Source: a virus
Lineage: Duplodnaviria; Heunggongvirae; Uroviricota; Caudoviricetes
IMG/VR virus record: IMGVR_UViG_3300021431_000099
Span: 64,001 to 88,939 of that record
Length of the DNA: 24,939 bases
Strand: one strand, 5' to 3'
Part shown: piece by piece, positions 1 to 8,782 of the stretch
How positions within the stretch are numbered: position 1 is the first letter of the stretch
Layout of the letters: the number at the start of each line of letters is the position of its first letter
Position numbers and translations under genes: made by a program
The notes under the pieces: generated by a model
The model's database searches: none
What the model saw: only the letters and a program-made list of their open reading frames with translations
What the model was told of the DNA's origin: nothing

Positions 1-257
1 TTTTCTTCATTGGTTAAATTTTCTTCACGATGAATAATAGAACTTCCATTAAAGGCATTGTCAAAAAAATCCAACCAATCGATAATATCAGGTGAACCTT
101 TAGGCGGCAAAAAGATGTTCATATTCTTATCAAAGAAAGAACACTTTTCGCTCACGCTTGTAAGTATATCACAAATATGGCTTTCATACGCTTCACATTC
201 TTCACGATCAAAAAACTCGGTATCATCATAAGCATAGTAACGAACTTCTTCACGCAT
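1..257 (-). CDS. hypothetical phage protein (3' end beyond window)
   Basis: ATG at 257 after AGAAAGGGG RBS and promoter; open frame MREEVRYYAYDDTEFFDREECEAYE... to window edge. Confidence 0.75.
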   Translation of the reverse strand, partial: MREEVRYYAYDDTEFFDREECEAYESHICDILTSVSEKCSFFDKNMNIFLPPKGSPDIIDWLDFFDNAFNGSSIIHREENLTNEE

Positions 258-287
258 ATTGATTATCCCCTTTCTTTTTCTATATAT

Positions 288-316
288 AGAATACTACAAT
301 TTTTATAAAAAGTCAA
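288..316 (-). promoter_or_regulatory. sigma-A promoter (example of ~50 in 1-18.6 kb)
   Basis: TTGACT-17 bp-TATTCT; the same layout precedes almost every small gene. Confidence 0.85.
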
Positions 317-368
317 GTTAAATGTTTGTTAATTGGCTGGCCGGCCCGCTTCTTAACATAAAGTTAAC
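317..368. repeat. 52 bp dyad element GTTAA-N6-GTTAA-N8-CCGG-N8-TTAAC-N6-TTAAC (first of ~30)
   Basis: Symmetric copies centred on CCGG at 341, 887, 2357, 3841, 5914, 6734, 7336, 9594, 12012; variants at 1658, 2041, 3180, 4739, 5541, 8132, 8166, 8807, 10272, 10833, 10940, 11239, 11495, 12630, 13759, 15049, 15559, 16087. Confidence 0.9.
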
Positions 369-373
369 GACCA

Positions 374-556
374 TCAAAGATGGTCGTCAATTAATATGGG
401 GTAAGTTGTTTCTGTATATTCATATATATCTGACCATTCAAACTTCATTCCGCAGTCGGCACATTCTCCTTCGTAGTAAGCAAAGTATTTTCCGTCATAT
501 TCTTCGCCATCGCGAAAAATAATAGAAAGTTCTGCATTACAATTAGGACAATTCAT
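374..556 (-). CDS. small Zn-ribbon protein
   Basis: CPNC...CADC; AGGAGG RBS; follows 576-800. Confidence 0.75.
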   Translation of the reverse strand: MNCPNCNAELSIIFRDGEEYDGKYFAYYEGECADCGMKFEWSDIYEYTETTYPILIDDHL

Positions 557-575
557 AAATTATTCATCCTCCTTA

Positions 576-800
576 TTATTCACAATCAGCATCCATTATG
601 TCGTAGAGTATTTCCATCCAATAGGCTTTACCATTTTTGGTTGTAATTGTATATCTATAACCGTCCTCCTCCATATAAGATACAACATCATCATCTTTAA
701 TGACAAAGTTTTCAATCGCTTTGCGTGCGTTGGAGATGCTGGAATACGTGCCGAAAAACATATTATTAAAGTAATTAGAAACTACAACCCAAGTTACCAT
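576..800 (-). CDS. hypothetical protein
   Basis: own promoter (-35 at ~857-862), GAAAGGGG RBS. Confidence 0.75.
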   Translation of the reverse strand: MVTWVVVSNYFNNMFFGTYSSISNARKAIENFVIKDDDVVSYMEEDGYRYTITTKNGKAYWMEILYDIMDADCE

Positions 801-914
801 ATTGTGTTACCCCTTTCGTTTCTTTCTATATATATTATAATTCAGTCCGCTAGTAAAGTCAAGTTAAGAGTTAGTTAAGTTCTGGCCCGGCCCGAAAATT
901 AACATACATTTAAC

Positions 915-946
915 AAAAGGAAGAAGGGGATTACTCCCCTTCCTCC
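915..946 (-). terminator. intrinsic terminator centred on stop codon
   Basis: GGAGGAAGGGGA-GTAA-TCCCCTTCTTCC-TTTT. Confidence 0.7.
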
Positions 947-1284
947 TCCTTCTCCTTCTCCTTCTCCTTCTTGGCGGCTTCGCGCTTCGCCTTGTCCTTC
1001 GCGGCCTTTTCGGCACGCTCGGCGGCACGCTTCGCCTTGGCTTCCTGCTTCGCGTTGTAGTCCGCGATTTCGGCGGCCATGAGTTCATCGGCGGTCATGT
1101 CCTCGCGCTGCTCGGCAACGATGACGCCCACGCGAGCATAGCGACGCTCGCCGTTCACGTCCTCAACGATGCAACCATACTGGCGATCGTTGATCTTGTG
1201 GAAACCTTCAATGCTGGCGACGTTCAGAGCGGAGAAAATAGCGGTGCGGATGTTGGAATCAACGACGGCCTTGGAAATCTTCAT
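931..1284 (-). CDS. hypothetical protein, paralogue family A (K/A/E-rich helical tail)
   Basis: promoter, leader hairpin, RBS, GC-rich biased codons; similar to 3880, 8995, 9637. Confidence 0.85.
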   Translation of the reverse strand: MKISKAVVDSNIRTAIFSALNVASIEGFHKINDRQYGCIVEDVNGERRYARVGVIVAEQREDMTADELMAAEIADYNAKQEAKAKRAAERAEKAAKDKAKREAAKKEKEKEKEEEGE

Positions 1285-1373
1285 ATTAAATCCCTTTCTG
1301 GTTTTAAGTGTTTTCCTTCACTTCTTGATTATATTATATCATGGAGTTCGGGGTTTGTCAAGTAAAGAATTGG

Positions 1374-1547
1374 TTAATTCCATTTGATAATGTCAATACC
1401 AAAAGTCGGGTTTTCGGAATACATTACCATAGAGATACTCAGATCTTCTTCATCAACAGTGTCAAACACAAATGAATAACCTTTTTCATGGGCTTCCATC
1501 ATCAGTTCATCCAATCGAGTAAGCAAATCATCCATTTCTTTCGGCAT
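1374..1547 (-). CDS. acidic hypothetical protein (57 aa)
   Basis: ATG at 1547 after leader hairpin and CAGAAAGGA. Confidence 0.7.
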   Translation of the reverse strand: MPKEMDDLLTRLDELMMEAHEKGYSFVFDTVDEEDLSISMVMYSENPTFGIDIIKWN

Positions 1548-1689
1548 ATTAAATTCCTTTCTGGTGTTTGGGATTTTCCTTTCCCTTCCTGACATATATA
1601 TAATACCATAAATCACAGTCAAAAGTCAAGAGGTTTACAAAGATTTAACATTGCGGGCCGGGCAAGATATTAACGAGGAGTTAACCTCG

Positions 1690-1956
1690 TTAATGCATTA
1701 CTTTTTTAAGACGCCAGAACCAGTTCCAAGGCTCCATCTGAAAGCAAGGTTTAAAAGTTCTCCAATAATAGCCTATTTTCATACCTTTAAAATGAATGTC
1801 ATTGTTTTCACTTACGTGGCTATGATAGACCACAATACCGATTCGCTTATCTTCGGCTTCCAACAGTTCAAATAAATCCTTGTGGACATCTTCGGGGAGT
1901 TCTTCAAGACGATACCAACCTTTTCCGTGAGCAAAATAAAATTCCTTAAAAGTCAT
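1690..1956 (-). CDS. hypothetical protein
   Basis: start moved to ATG 1956 after AGAAAGGGG; the ORF-track TTG is the -35 box. Confidence 0.7.
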   Translation of the reverse strand: MTFKEFYFAHGKGWYRLEELPEDVHKDLFELLEAEDKRIGIVVYHSHVSENNDIHFKGMKIGYYWRTFKPCFQMEPWNWFWRLKKVMH

Positions 1957-2062
1957 ATTGATTTTCCCCTTTCTTTTTTCTATATATATTATAACCATTG
2001 CACAGAGGAAAGTCAAGTTAAGTTTATATTAAAATGCTGGCCGGGCGATTGTTAAGCGGACG

Positions 2063-2272
2063 TTAAGTCCGCTGAACAACCATCAGAACTTCGCCAGTTT
2101 CGGCGGAACACACATCTGCGTCCGTGAAATTGTGCTTTACGAGGATTTCACACACGCGGTCGTGAATGTCATCCAACGTGCCGCAATCATCACAACGCAA
2201 GACCTCACCGTCATTAGTAAAGAAACGGCAGGTAACGTGAGTGGTGTAAACATAGTAGGTATTGATAGCCAT
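2063..2272 (-). CDS. hypothetical protein (CxxC)
   Basis: ATG 2272 after AGAAAGGGG, own promoter. Confidence 0.7.
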   Translation of the reverse strand: MAINTYYVYTTHVTCRFFTNDGEVLRCDDCGTLDDIHDRVCEILVKHNFTDADVCSAETGEVLMVVQRT

Positions 2273-2381
2273 AATCGGTATCCCCTTTCTTTTTTCTATA
2301 TATATTATACTCCAACATTTGAGAGAAGTCAAGTAAAGATTTTGTTAACTACGGGCCCGGCCCGAATTTTAACAAAAAATT

Positions 2382-2405
2382 AACAGAGGGCTTTCGCCCT
2401 CTGTT
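2382..2405 (-). terminator. intrinsic terminator
   Basis: AACAGAGGGC-GAAA-GCCCTCTGTT hairpin just after stop of 2408-2797. Confidence 0.7.
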
Positions 2406-2407
2406 TT

Positions 2408-2797
2408 TTACCGCAGGGTGTAGGTGTTAGCCTTCCCCTTGGCTTCGGTCTTTACGACTTCATCCGCCAGTTCGTGGAGCAGAATATACTGCACCTTGGC
2501 GCTGGTGAAATCTTCGGGGAGCGCATCGGCGCAACGCTCAAAGATTTCCTTGGCGGTGCCGCCTTCGGTCAGAGCATCACGCAGGATGGGGAGCACCTGC
2601 GCCATAAGCACCGCGCGCTCATTAGCACGCTTGGCCTTAGCCCTCGCCTTGGTGTCCTCGCTCACCTTGTGCGGCTTCGCGATCTGGTCGCGAATTTTCG
2701 TGAGGACTTCCACAACTTCGGTGGGGTTCTCAATGTCCATGGGGATGGAGTTGATAGCAATGTTCAGAGCGTCAACGCGGGTGATAGTGTTCTTCAT
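2408..2797 (-). CDS. putative winged-helix DNA-binding protein, family B
   Basis: C-terminal TAKEIF..C...LP..FT..KVQYILL....DEVVK......TY pattern; paralogue of 7410-7745. Confidence 0.7.
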   Translation of the reverse strand: MKNTITRVDALNIAINSIPMDIENPTEVVEVLTKIRDQIAKPHKVSEDTKARAKAKRANERAVLMAQVLPILRDALTEGGTAKEIFERCADALPEDFTSAKVQYILLHELADEVVKTEAKGKANTYTLR

Positions 2798-2898
2798 AGT
2801 AAATCCCTTTCTGGTTTTTAGGACTTTTCCTTGTCCTCTTGATGTATTTATTATATCAGATTCTCAACCATTTGTCAAGTTAAGATTCTGTTATAATC

Positions 2899-2959
2899 TG
2901 GTGGAGCGAGGGGGAGTCGAACCCCTCTCACCGATCAGCAGGTGCTCTGCTCTCGCCCC
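2899..2959 (-). ncRNA. 61 nt tRNA-Ala-like RNA (acceptor stem with G3.U70, T arm, CCA; no normal D or anticodon arm)
   Basis: GGGGCGA...AGGGG-TTCGACT-CCCCC-TCGCTCC-ACCA; own promoter TTGACA(2994-2999)-17-TATAAT(2971-2976); no RBS or ORF. Confidence 0.75.
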
Positions 2960-3015
2960 TTGATGTATTCATTATAGCACTTTCGCACTGTAATGTCAAG
3001 TTAATTCTTTGTGAA

Positions 3016-3104
3016 GTTCCGAGAGAGCGGCTCGTTTTTCCGCACGCAGGAAGGTATTTGAAGCCGATTACGTCGTTACACTTGCTTCGCTCTCCCCTTG
3101 GAAC
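3016..3104 (-). ncRNA. candidate structured small RNA
   Basis: own promoter (3111-3139), no ORF, closing stems GTTCC/GGAAC and GGGAGAGCG/CGCTCTCTC. Confidence 0.5.
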
Positions 3105-3221
3105 AATAATAGTATAGCAGAATCTCCGCTCAAAGTCAAGTAGTTCCAGGAAGAATTAACATATTCTTAACATTGCGGGCCGGGTGGCAATTTAACATAA
3201 AATTAAAGTAGCGGAGAACCG

Positions 3222-3488
3222 CTACTCAATTTCAATATGACAAATCTCATCAGGCAAGAATTGGACTACCCAATTTGGATTATCAACGTTTTCAATCTCA
3301 AGACTGAAACCGTTATGGAGAATATCTCCAATCGCCTTTTGAAGATTCCCCATCAGTTCCTGCCGCAAGCCTTCACGACGTGCTTTCTTTTTTTCTTCTA
3401 CTCTTTTTTGACATAGTTCTGCGAGGACTTCAAGTTCTGTTTCGTTGAGCAAATTCAGACTTCTAATCATTTTGTCAAGTTCATCCAT
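3222..3488 (-). CDS. hypothetical protein
   Basis: ATG 3488 after AGAAAGGA, own promoter. Confidence 0.75.
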   Translation of the reverse strand: MDELDKMIRSLNLLNETELEVLAELCQKRVEEKKKARREGLRQELMGNLQKAIGDILHNGFSLEIENVDNPNWVVQFLPDEICHIEIE

Positions 3489-3553
3489 ATTAAGTTTGTT
3501 CCTTTCTTTTGATGTATTTATTATAGCATAGTTTTGGGAGGAAGTCAAGTTAA

Positions 3554-3757
3554 TTATTTATTAAGTCTGTATTCACCTTGCGGTTTAATTGGCTCTTCAT
3601 CAATTTGAATAGAAGGTTCTACAAAATGATGAAACCACCAAAAAGAAAACTTTTTATAGTTTTTAGAGTAGATGCGGCCCCAATACCAATTACCAAACAA
3701 ATGAATAATGGGATAGCCATGGTCACGCAGTCGCTGGATTCTTTCTTCGCGGTTCAT
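3554..3757 (-). CDS. hypothetical protein
   Basis: ATG 3757 after AAAGGAG, own promoter. Confidence 0.7.
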   Translation of the reverse strand: MNREERIQRLRDHGYPIIHLFGNWYWGRIYSKNYKKFSFWWFHHFVEPSIQIDEEPIKPQGEYRLNK

Positions 3758-3879
3758 AAATGAAATCTCCTTTCTTTTTCTATATATAGTATATATCAAA
3801 GCAAGAACGAAGTCAAGTTAAGTTTATGTTAAATAGCGGGCCGGCCCGAAAATTAACACAAAAATAACAAAGAGGGTGA

Positions 3880-4281
3880 TTACTCACCCTCCACAGGCTG
3901 GGACACAAGCGCCTTAAAGCCCACCGTGTTAAGGTCTTTCACAACCTTGCGCGCGGCACGCTTACGCTCCTTTTCCTTTTCGGCGCGTTCCGCCTTTTCC
4001 TTGCGCTTTGCCGCCTTATCTGCGCGGTCGGCAAGCACGAGTTTCCAATCTTCGGCGGCGGCGTAACCGTCAAAGGGAGTGTAACCGCCCTCTCCGTTGC
4101 GCTCACCGCGCGGAATGCTGACCTTGATAACGGCAAACTTTTCGTTGCCTTCGCTGTCTACAACGGGGAGGGCAAGTTCGCTTGCGCTAATCGGGAGGAT
4201 GTCGCTGATGGGGTTTACGGCGTCAATGATGGTCTGGAGGACGCGGTTACGGATTTCGGTTTCAAGAGATGCTTTACTCAT
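3880..4281 (-). CDS. hypothetical protein, paralogue family A
   Basis: ATG 4281 after leader hairpin; ends EGE with stop-centred hairpin. Confidence 0.8.
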   Translation of the reverse strand: MSKASLETEIRNRVLQTIIDAVNPISDILPISASELALPVVDSEGNEKFAVIKVSIPRGERNGEGGYTPFDGYAAAEDWKLVLADRADKAAKRKEKAERAEKEKERKRAARKVVKDLNTVGFKALVSQPVEGE

Positions 4282-4356
4282 AGGCGTTAGTCCTTTCTGG
4301 TTTGTGGTGTTTTCCTTCACCTTCTGGAATTATTATAGCAGATGCGGCGGGAGAAG

Positions 4357-4497
4357 TCAAGTTAAGAAATCGTTAATAATTTCTTCTATTGATATTTCGG
4401 AAAGATTACAAGCGGAATAGTCAATAGAGGTTTCCTGGTTTTCATCAACTGCCCACACAGAACGATCATTAGTGTCAATCGTAATGTTAATAATCAT
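4357..4497 (-). CDS. acidic 46 aa protein (not in ORF track)
   Basis: AAAGGAG RBS, own promoter; MIINITIDTNDRSVWAVDE...; TGA overlaps next -35. Confidence 0.65.
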   Translation of the reverse strand: MIINITIDTNDRSVWAVDENQETSIDYSACNLSEISIEEIINDFLT

Positions 4498-4567
4498 TTG
4501 ACTTTCTCCTTTCATTTTCTATAATTATTATAGCACATTAGGATTAAGAAATCAAGTTAAGATTTTG

Positions 4568-4660
4568 TTAATCCCAAAAATCCTCACCTAAGTTAATTAT
4601 TACGCATACAAAGAACACTACGAGGAGCGCGAGAAAAGTTAACGACATAAATAATTCCAT
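4568..4660 (-). CDS. 30 aa single-TM peptide
   Basis: GTGAGGA RBS, own promoter; MELFMSLTFLALLVVFFVCVIINLGEDFWD. Confidence 0.6.
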   Translation of the reverse strand: MELFMSLTFLALLVVFFVCVIINLGEDFWD

Positions 4661-4758
4661 TTTCATTTCCTCACTTTCTATAATTATTATAACACAAAAT
4701 CCAGGAAAAGTCAAGTAAATTTTTTGTTAAATCTCGGGCCGGGCGGAGTTAGGGAGAA

Positions 4759-4953
4759 CTAACGATCTTCCCAATTTGTCCGCTGACGCTCATGAATGAT
4801 GTTTAAAAGAGTATTAACCATGGCTTCAAGAGTTTTTCTATCTATTTCATCTTCTTCTGTATAATCGGGATAGCCGCAATATTCTTTAATATCGTTAAGA
4901 TTACGAACATCCGCGGCGATAAGTTCGGCGGCAATTTCAAGATTTGTTTTCAT
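4759..4953 (-). CDS. hypothetical protein
   Basis: ATG 4953 after GAAAGGA; last of a 3-gene unit. Confidence 0.7.
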   Translation of the reverse strand: MKTNLEIAAELIAADVRNLNDIKEYCGYPDYTEEDEIDRKTLEAMVNTLLNIIHERQRTNWEDR

Positions 4954-5116
4954 TTTTATTTCCTTTCTGCGGTTTAAGTCCACCGCTGGGAAAATGAACT
5001 TCGGTTAGGTAGCCCCACCAAAATGAGAATGAGCAATTTGTAGGGCAATCTTCGGCAAGTTGTGCGGCGATACGTCCGCGCTGAAACTCTTTCGGATCAA
5101 TCTTGGAATAATCCAT
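4937..5116 (-). CDS. hypothetical protein
   Basis: ATG overlaps upstream stop (TAATG); AAAGGAG upstream. Confidence 0.6.
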   Translation of the reverse strand: MDYSKIDPKEFQRGRIAAQLAEDCPTNCSFSFWWGYLTEVHFPSGGLKPQKGNKNENKS

Positions 5117-5256
5117 TATTCCTTTTCTCCTTTCATAGCGTTGCGGCAAATCTGCTTGCCTTCTTTGCGGTCGTGCTTCTTGTTTTTCTTCTTTGCGGGC
5201 ATAACGGAAGGGCGATAGCCGACCCAAGTTTCACGATTCTGATTTTTCTTTTCCAT
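5116..5256 (-). CDS. basic 46 aa protein
   Basis: ATG 5256 after GTGAGGA, own promoter. Confidence 0.65.
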   Translation of the reverse strand: MEKKNQNRETWVGYRPSVMPAKKKNKKHDRKEGKQICRNAMKGEKE

Positions 5257-5311
5257 TTCGTTTTCCTCACTTTCTGGAATTATTATAACAGATTGGGAGT
5301 TAGAAGTCAAG

Positions 5312-5458
5312 TTAAGTTTTTGTGTCAAAGAATGAAAAGTCGTTGCGAATACACTCATAAGCAAAATAGCAACAGTAGGTATTAAAACGAAAAATACAAT
5401 CCTTACACTTTGAGCAGTTGCTAACAGTTTCCATCAAAAAATCATTCAGTTCTTTCAT
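5312..5458 (-). CDS. Cys-rich 48 aa protein (not in ORF track)
   Basis: AAAGGAG RBS, promoter; CSKCKDC...CC...C. Confidence 0.65.
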   Translation of the reverse strand: MKELNDFLMETVSNCSKCKDCIFRFNTYCCYFAYECIRNDFSFFDTKT

Positions 5459-5566
5459 TTGATTTTCTCCTTTCATTTTCTATAATTATTATACACAATT
5501 CGCACGCAGAAGTCAAGTTAAGATTCTGTTAAACGGCGGGCCGGGTGATTATTAAGGTGTGATTAA

Positions 5567-5830
5567 TTACCACACCTCATCAATTATATCAAACATATCA
5601 CACCCGCAGTAGGGGTCGTAGTTAGTTTCGTCTACATCGTCATCAACATCTACGAGATCATCTTCATATTCTACACCAAATTCACGGTCGCCATAAAATG
5701 AGACGGTGTTCGTTGCATCATCATATTCAACTGTATCAATAATACAATACTGATTAAGATACATATCACCGAGCACAACTGCATCTTCGGGCATTTTCTG
5801 GAGTTCCTTAATCAGTTCCTTAACAGTCAT
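5567..5830 (-). CDS. acidic hypothetical protein
   Basis: MTVKELIKELQKMP start, AAAGGAG RBS, promoter. Confidence 0.75.
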   Translation of the reverse strand: MTVKELIKELQKMPEDAVVLGDMYLNQYCIIDTVEYDDATNTVSFYGDREFGVEYEDDLVDVDDDVDETNYDPYCGCDMFDIIDEVW

Positions 5831-5936
5831 AGTTGAAATCTCCTTTCTTTTTGTATATATAGTATACCAAAATCCAGGAGGAAAGTCAAGTTAATTCTAT
5901 GTAAATTATCAGGCCGGCCCGAAACTTAACAAAGAA

Positions 5937-6647
5937 TTAACGGAGAGCAAGCGCTCCCCGTTTTACCTTCATCCAACAGTTTCTTTTTATTCCCTTAAAG
6001 TTCTTGTCATATTCCAGACACTTTTCCATAATTTCCTTTTCAATCTTAACATCATCATAACCTTTATGCTCCTCGTGGAAGTCAGGGTCATTCGTTAAGA
6101 AAGAGTAAACCGTTTCTGCGGTGGCGCGGTAGTTCTTGCCGTGATTGGAAAAGTGGCGGTTAGTTTCGGCAAACGTTTTGTATTCGCTGGTTTGGCAAAT
6201 TGTATCACACGCCATATTCCAAATACATACAAAGTTAGTAGAGTAAGGGAAGAAGTAGCGATATTTAGATTTCGTTAAGAAGCGGAGCGTGGTGTTAAGC
6301 GCGTTGCGGTCAAAATTACAGTTATACGCCGCAACCGTATGGCAGTCATATTTTTCCATTATGTTAAGAATATGACGCCGCGCCGCCATAAAGTCAATCA
6401 TTTGACGCTTGCCCTGCTGGATGTCTATTACATATTCGGGAATCTTATCGCCGTAGTAGGCGACCTTTACCAGTTCGCGCTCGTAGACAAAAGTATCACG
6501 AATCACGAAAGAACCCTGCTCGCAGATTTCGCCAGTATAAAGGTCAATCAGCATGAAGCCGATGTCATAAACGATAGCGTCGGTCGTATCATTCGCAGTT
6601 TCAACGTCCAGAATCAGAATGTAGCGGTCGGTAATGTTGAGAATCAT
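5937..6647 (-). CDS. DEDDh (DnaQ-like) 3'-5' exonuclease
   Basis: ExoI ILDVET, ExoII AYNCNFD, ExoIII HKGYDD motifs. Confidence 0.85.
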   Translation of the reverse strand: MILNITDRYILILDVETANDTTDAIVYDIGFMLIDLYTGEICEQGSFVIRDTFVYERELVKVAYYGDKIPEYVIDIQQGKRQMIDFMAARRHILNIMEKYDCHTVAAYNCNFDRNALNTTLRFLTKSKYRYFFPYSTNFVCIWNMACDTICQTSEYKTFAETNRHFSNHGKNYRATAETVYSFLTNDPDFHEEHKGYDDVKIEKEIMEKCLEYDKNFKGIKRNCWMKVKRGALALR

Positions 6648-6756
6648 TTTCGGTTAGTTCCTTTCCTAATTTCTGTATATAGTATACATCCGCCAGGAAC
6701 AAAAGTCAAGTTAAGATTGTGTTAACTCGCGGGCCGGGCGAAGTGTTAACACGAAG

Positions 6757-7251
6757 TTAACACTGTGCTTCAAACCATTTAATCATTCTTTTAGAAGTTT
6801 TCAAACCACGCAGTTCTATTTTTCCATTCTTATGAAAAAACGGAGTAGAAATAAAGTTATAGATAAAACGACCAAATTCGCTTTTATTCATTTGATATTC
6901 AGTGACAACCTGGGTTTTTTCATTGAATTCAACATAAATAAAGAGGGAAGAAGCTACGTGCTTGAAATAATATTTAATTGCGTCAGAACGGTTAGAAGCA
7001 CCGCCATAATTTTCCGCAAGGCCAAAGCGGGAAGATTTGACGCTGGCGTGTTCAGATTCAATATCAGAGCCTTTATCAAAAGAAGTGTTTGGATTAACTT
7101 TTGTGAAAATACCCCGATAATATTTTGCGATATGTTCACAAAGTTCACCGTGATTACGATATTTATTAATCGCGGGGATGTAGTAGGGAGCACGTTTGTG
7201 CTCGGGGCGATATTCATAAGGCATTTCATTGATGTAAGTTACTTTCTTCAT
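6757..7251 (-). CDS. PD-(D/E)XK-like fold protein, family C
   Basis: NHGELCE...GSDIE..HASVKSS; paralogue of 13108-13575. Confidence 0.6.
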   Translation of the reverse strand: MKKVTYINEMPYEYRPEHKRAPYYIPAINKYRNHGELCEHIAKYYRGIFTKVNPNTSFDKGSDIESEHASVKSSRFGLAENYGGASNRSDAIKYYFKHVASSLFIYVEFNEKTQVVTEYQMNKSEFGRFIYNFISTPFFHKNGKIELRGLKTSKRMIKWFEAQC

Positions 7252-7374
7252 TGTTGTTATCTCCTCTCAACTTTCTATATATATAATACCATATTGAAAG
7301 CGCGAGGTCAAGTTAAATGATTGTTAACTCCGCGTCCGGCCCGAAAATTAACGAAACCTTAACAAAACAAAATG

Positions 7375-7405
7375 TAAAAAAAGAAAACCGCCCTGAAGGG
7401 CGGTT
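7375..7405 (-). terminator. intrinsic terminator
   Basis: AACCGCCC-TTCA-GGGCGGTT followed by T-rich tract. Confidence 0.75.
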
Positions 7406-7409
7406 AGTC

Positions 7410-7745
7410 TTACTTCACCATGTAGGTGAAAGCGGACTTGCCGTTGTCAATCTTAACAACCTCGTCGCGCCAGTAGTTCAGCAGAGCATACTGAATCTTG
7501 TGCGCGGTGAAGCCGTCAGGCAGATCGTTCTCGCACTTGGCGAAAATCTCCTTGACCGTCATCGGCTCGGTCATCACGCCGAACACGATGGGCTTCGCGG
7601 CATCGTAGGCGTTAGCCTTCGCCGCAGACTTGGCAACCGTGCGCTCATACTCGGCGCGGATGTCCTCAACCACGGCGGACAGGTCAACGGTGTCGTCAGA
7701 GTTCACGAAGTAGTTGTACAGAGCGGTCAGAGTGTTCTTCTTCAT
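7410..7745 (-). CDS. putative winged-helix DNA-binding protein, family B
   Basis: TVKEIFAKCENDLPDGFTAHKIQYALL...DEVVK; paralogue of 2408-2797. Confidence 0.7.
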   Translation of the reverse strand: MKKNTLTALYNYFVNSDDTVDLSAVVEDIRAEYERTVAKSAAKANAYDAAKPIVFGVMTEPMTVKEIFAKCENDLPDGFTAHKIQYALLNYWRDEVVKIDNGKSAFTYMVK

Positions 7746-7835
7746 AGTGTTTTCCCTTTCTGGTTTGGTGGGTTTTCCTTCCCTTTGATGTATTTATTAT
7801 AGCACCAATCGGCTATAATGTCAAGTTAAGAGTTC

Positions 7836-7963
7836 GTTGAGAGATTTTGTTTTGGGAGACAATAGCAGTGCCTTAACCAAAGGTGTACGCTCATAAATCC
7901 CATTCTCTACTTGGCAGTCTGCTTGTGGCCATTTTTATTCAAGTTAGCTCTTGTCCTCTCAAC
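7836..7963 (-). ncRNA. candidate structured small RNA
   Basis: own promoter (7970-7998), ends pair GTTGAGAG/CTCTCAAC, no credible ORF. Confidence 0.45.
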
Positions 7964-8251
7964 ATCTTTATTATACCACGATTTCCCAACCTTGTCAAGT
8001 TAAGATTTCGTGAAGTTGTTTCGGGTTTTTGGAATTGCTTCCCTCGCCCTCAACTGTATATAGTATAGCAGAATTTGAAATGAAAGTCAAGCACTTAATG
8101 GGACATTTAACCTGGATTTAACATTGACGGGCCGGGTGATAACTTAAAACAAAATTAACAACTGCCCGGCCCGAAGTTAACATAAACTTAACTTGACATT
8201 ACGGGTATACTGATATATACTATATATAGAAAAGCGAAGGGAGAAACCAAA

Positions 8252-8782
8252 ATGAAATCTGATTATCGTGTGCGTGCCATGAATTTTCTACGGTCTATTT
8301 TCCCTTATATTGATGGGTATATGTGGGATGTGAATGATGTAGAAAATCAGGTAGAAAAGTATAATAATGACAAGAAACGTCATGTTTTGGTATGTTGGGG
8401 TTCGGCACGAATTGCCCTTATTACTTCTGATTACGTTCTCAAATGGGATTATGATAACGATCTTGTTAAGGACATCGGTGGGTGCGATGATGAATACCTC
8501 GCCTATCAAAGAGCCAAGCAAGCGGGTTATGAATATTTACTTGCGGAAGTTACGCCTATTGAATATCAGGGACTGTCATTCATAATTATGCCGCGTATTG
8601 ATAAGGTGGGTAGACCTTATAATGGTGGAGACATTCAACTTTTTCTTACAAAAGAGGAATATGAGTGGGTATTCAAATTTGATAAGGATATTCATTCTTA
8701 TAATTGGGGCATTCGTAATGGGAAAGCATGTTTGATTGATTATGCTATGACCGAAGAAGTTCTAACCCGTGGATGCTGGTGA
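8252..8782 (+). CDS. minimal protein kinase-like protein
   Basis: GSARIA loop, YVLK lysine, CDDEY helix-C glutamate, KDIHSYN catalytic loop, LIDYA. Confidence 0.75.
   Translation: MKSDYRVRAMNFLRSIFPYIDGYMWDVNDVENQVEKYNNDKKRHVLVCWGSARIALITSDYVLKWDYDNDLVKDIGGCDDEYLAYQRAKQAGYEYLLAEVTPIEYQGLSFIIMPRIDKVGRPYNGGDIQLFLTKEEYEWVFKFDKDIHSYNWGIRNGKACLIDYAMTEEVLTRGCW

Noticed and set aside
2899..2959. Canonical tRNA or full tmRNA gene
   Set aside because: Only 61 nt; no complete D or anticodon arm and no tag reading frame. Kept as a tRNA-like RNA.
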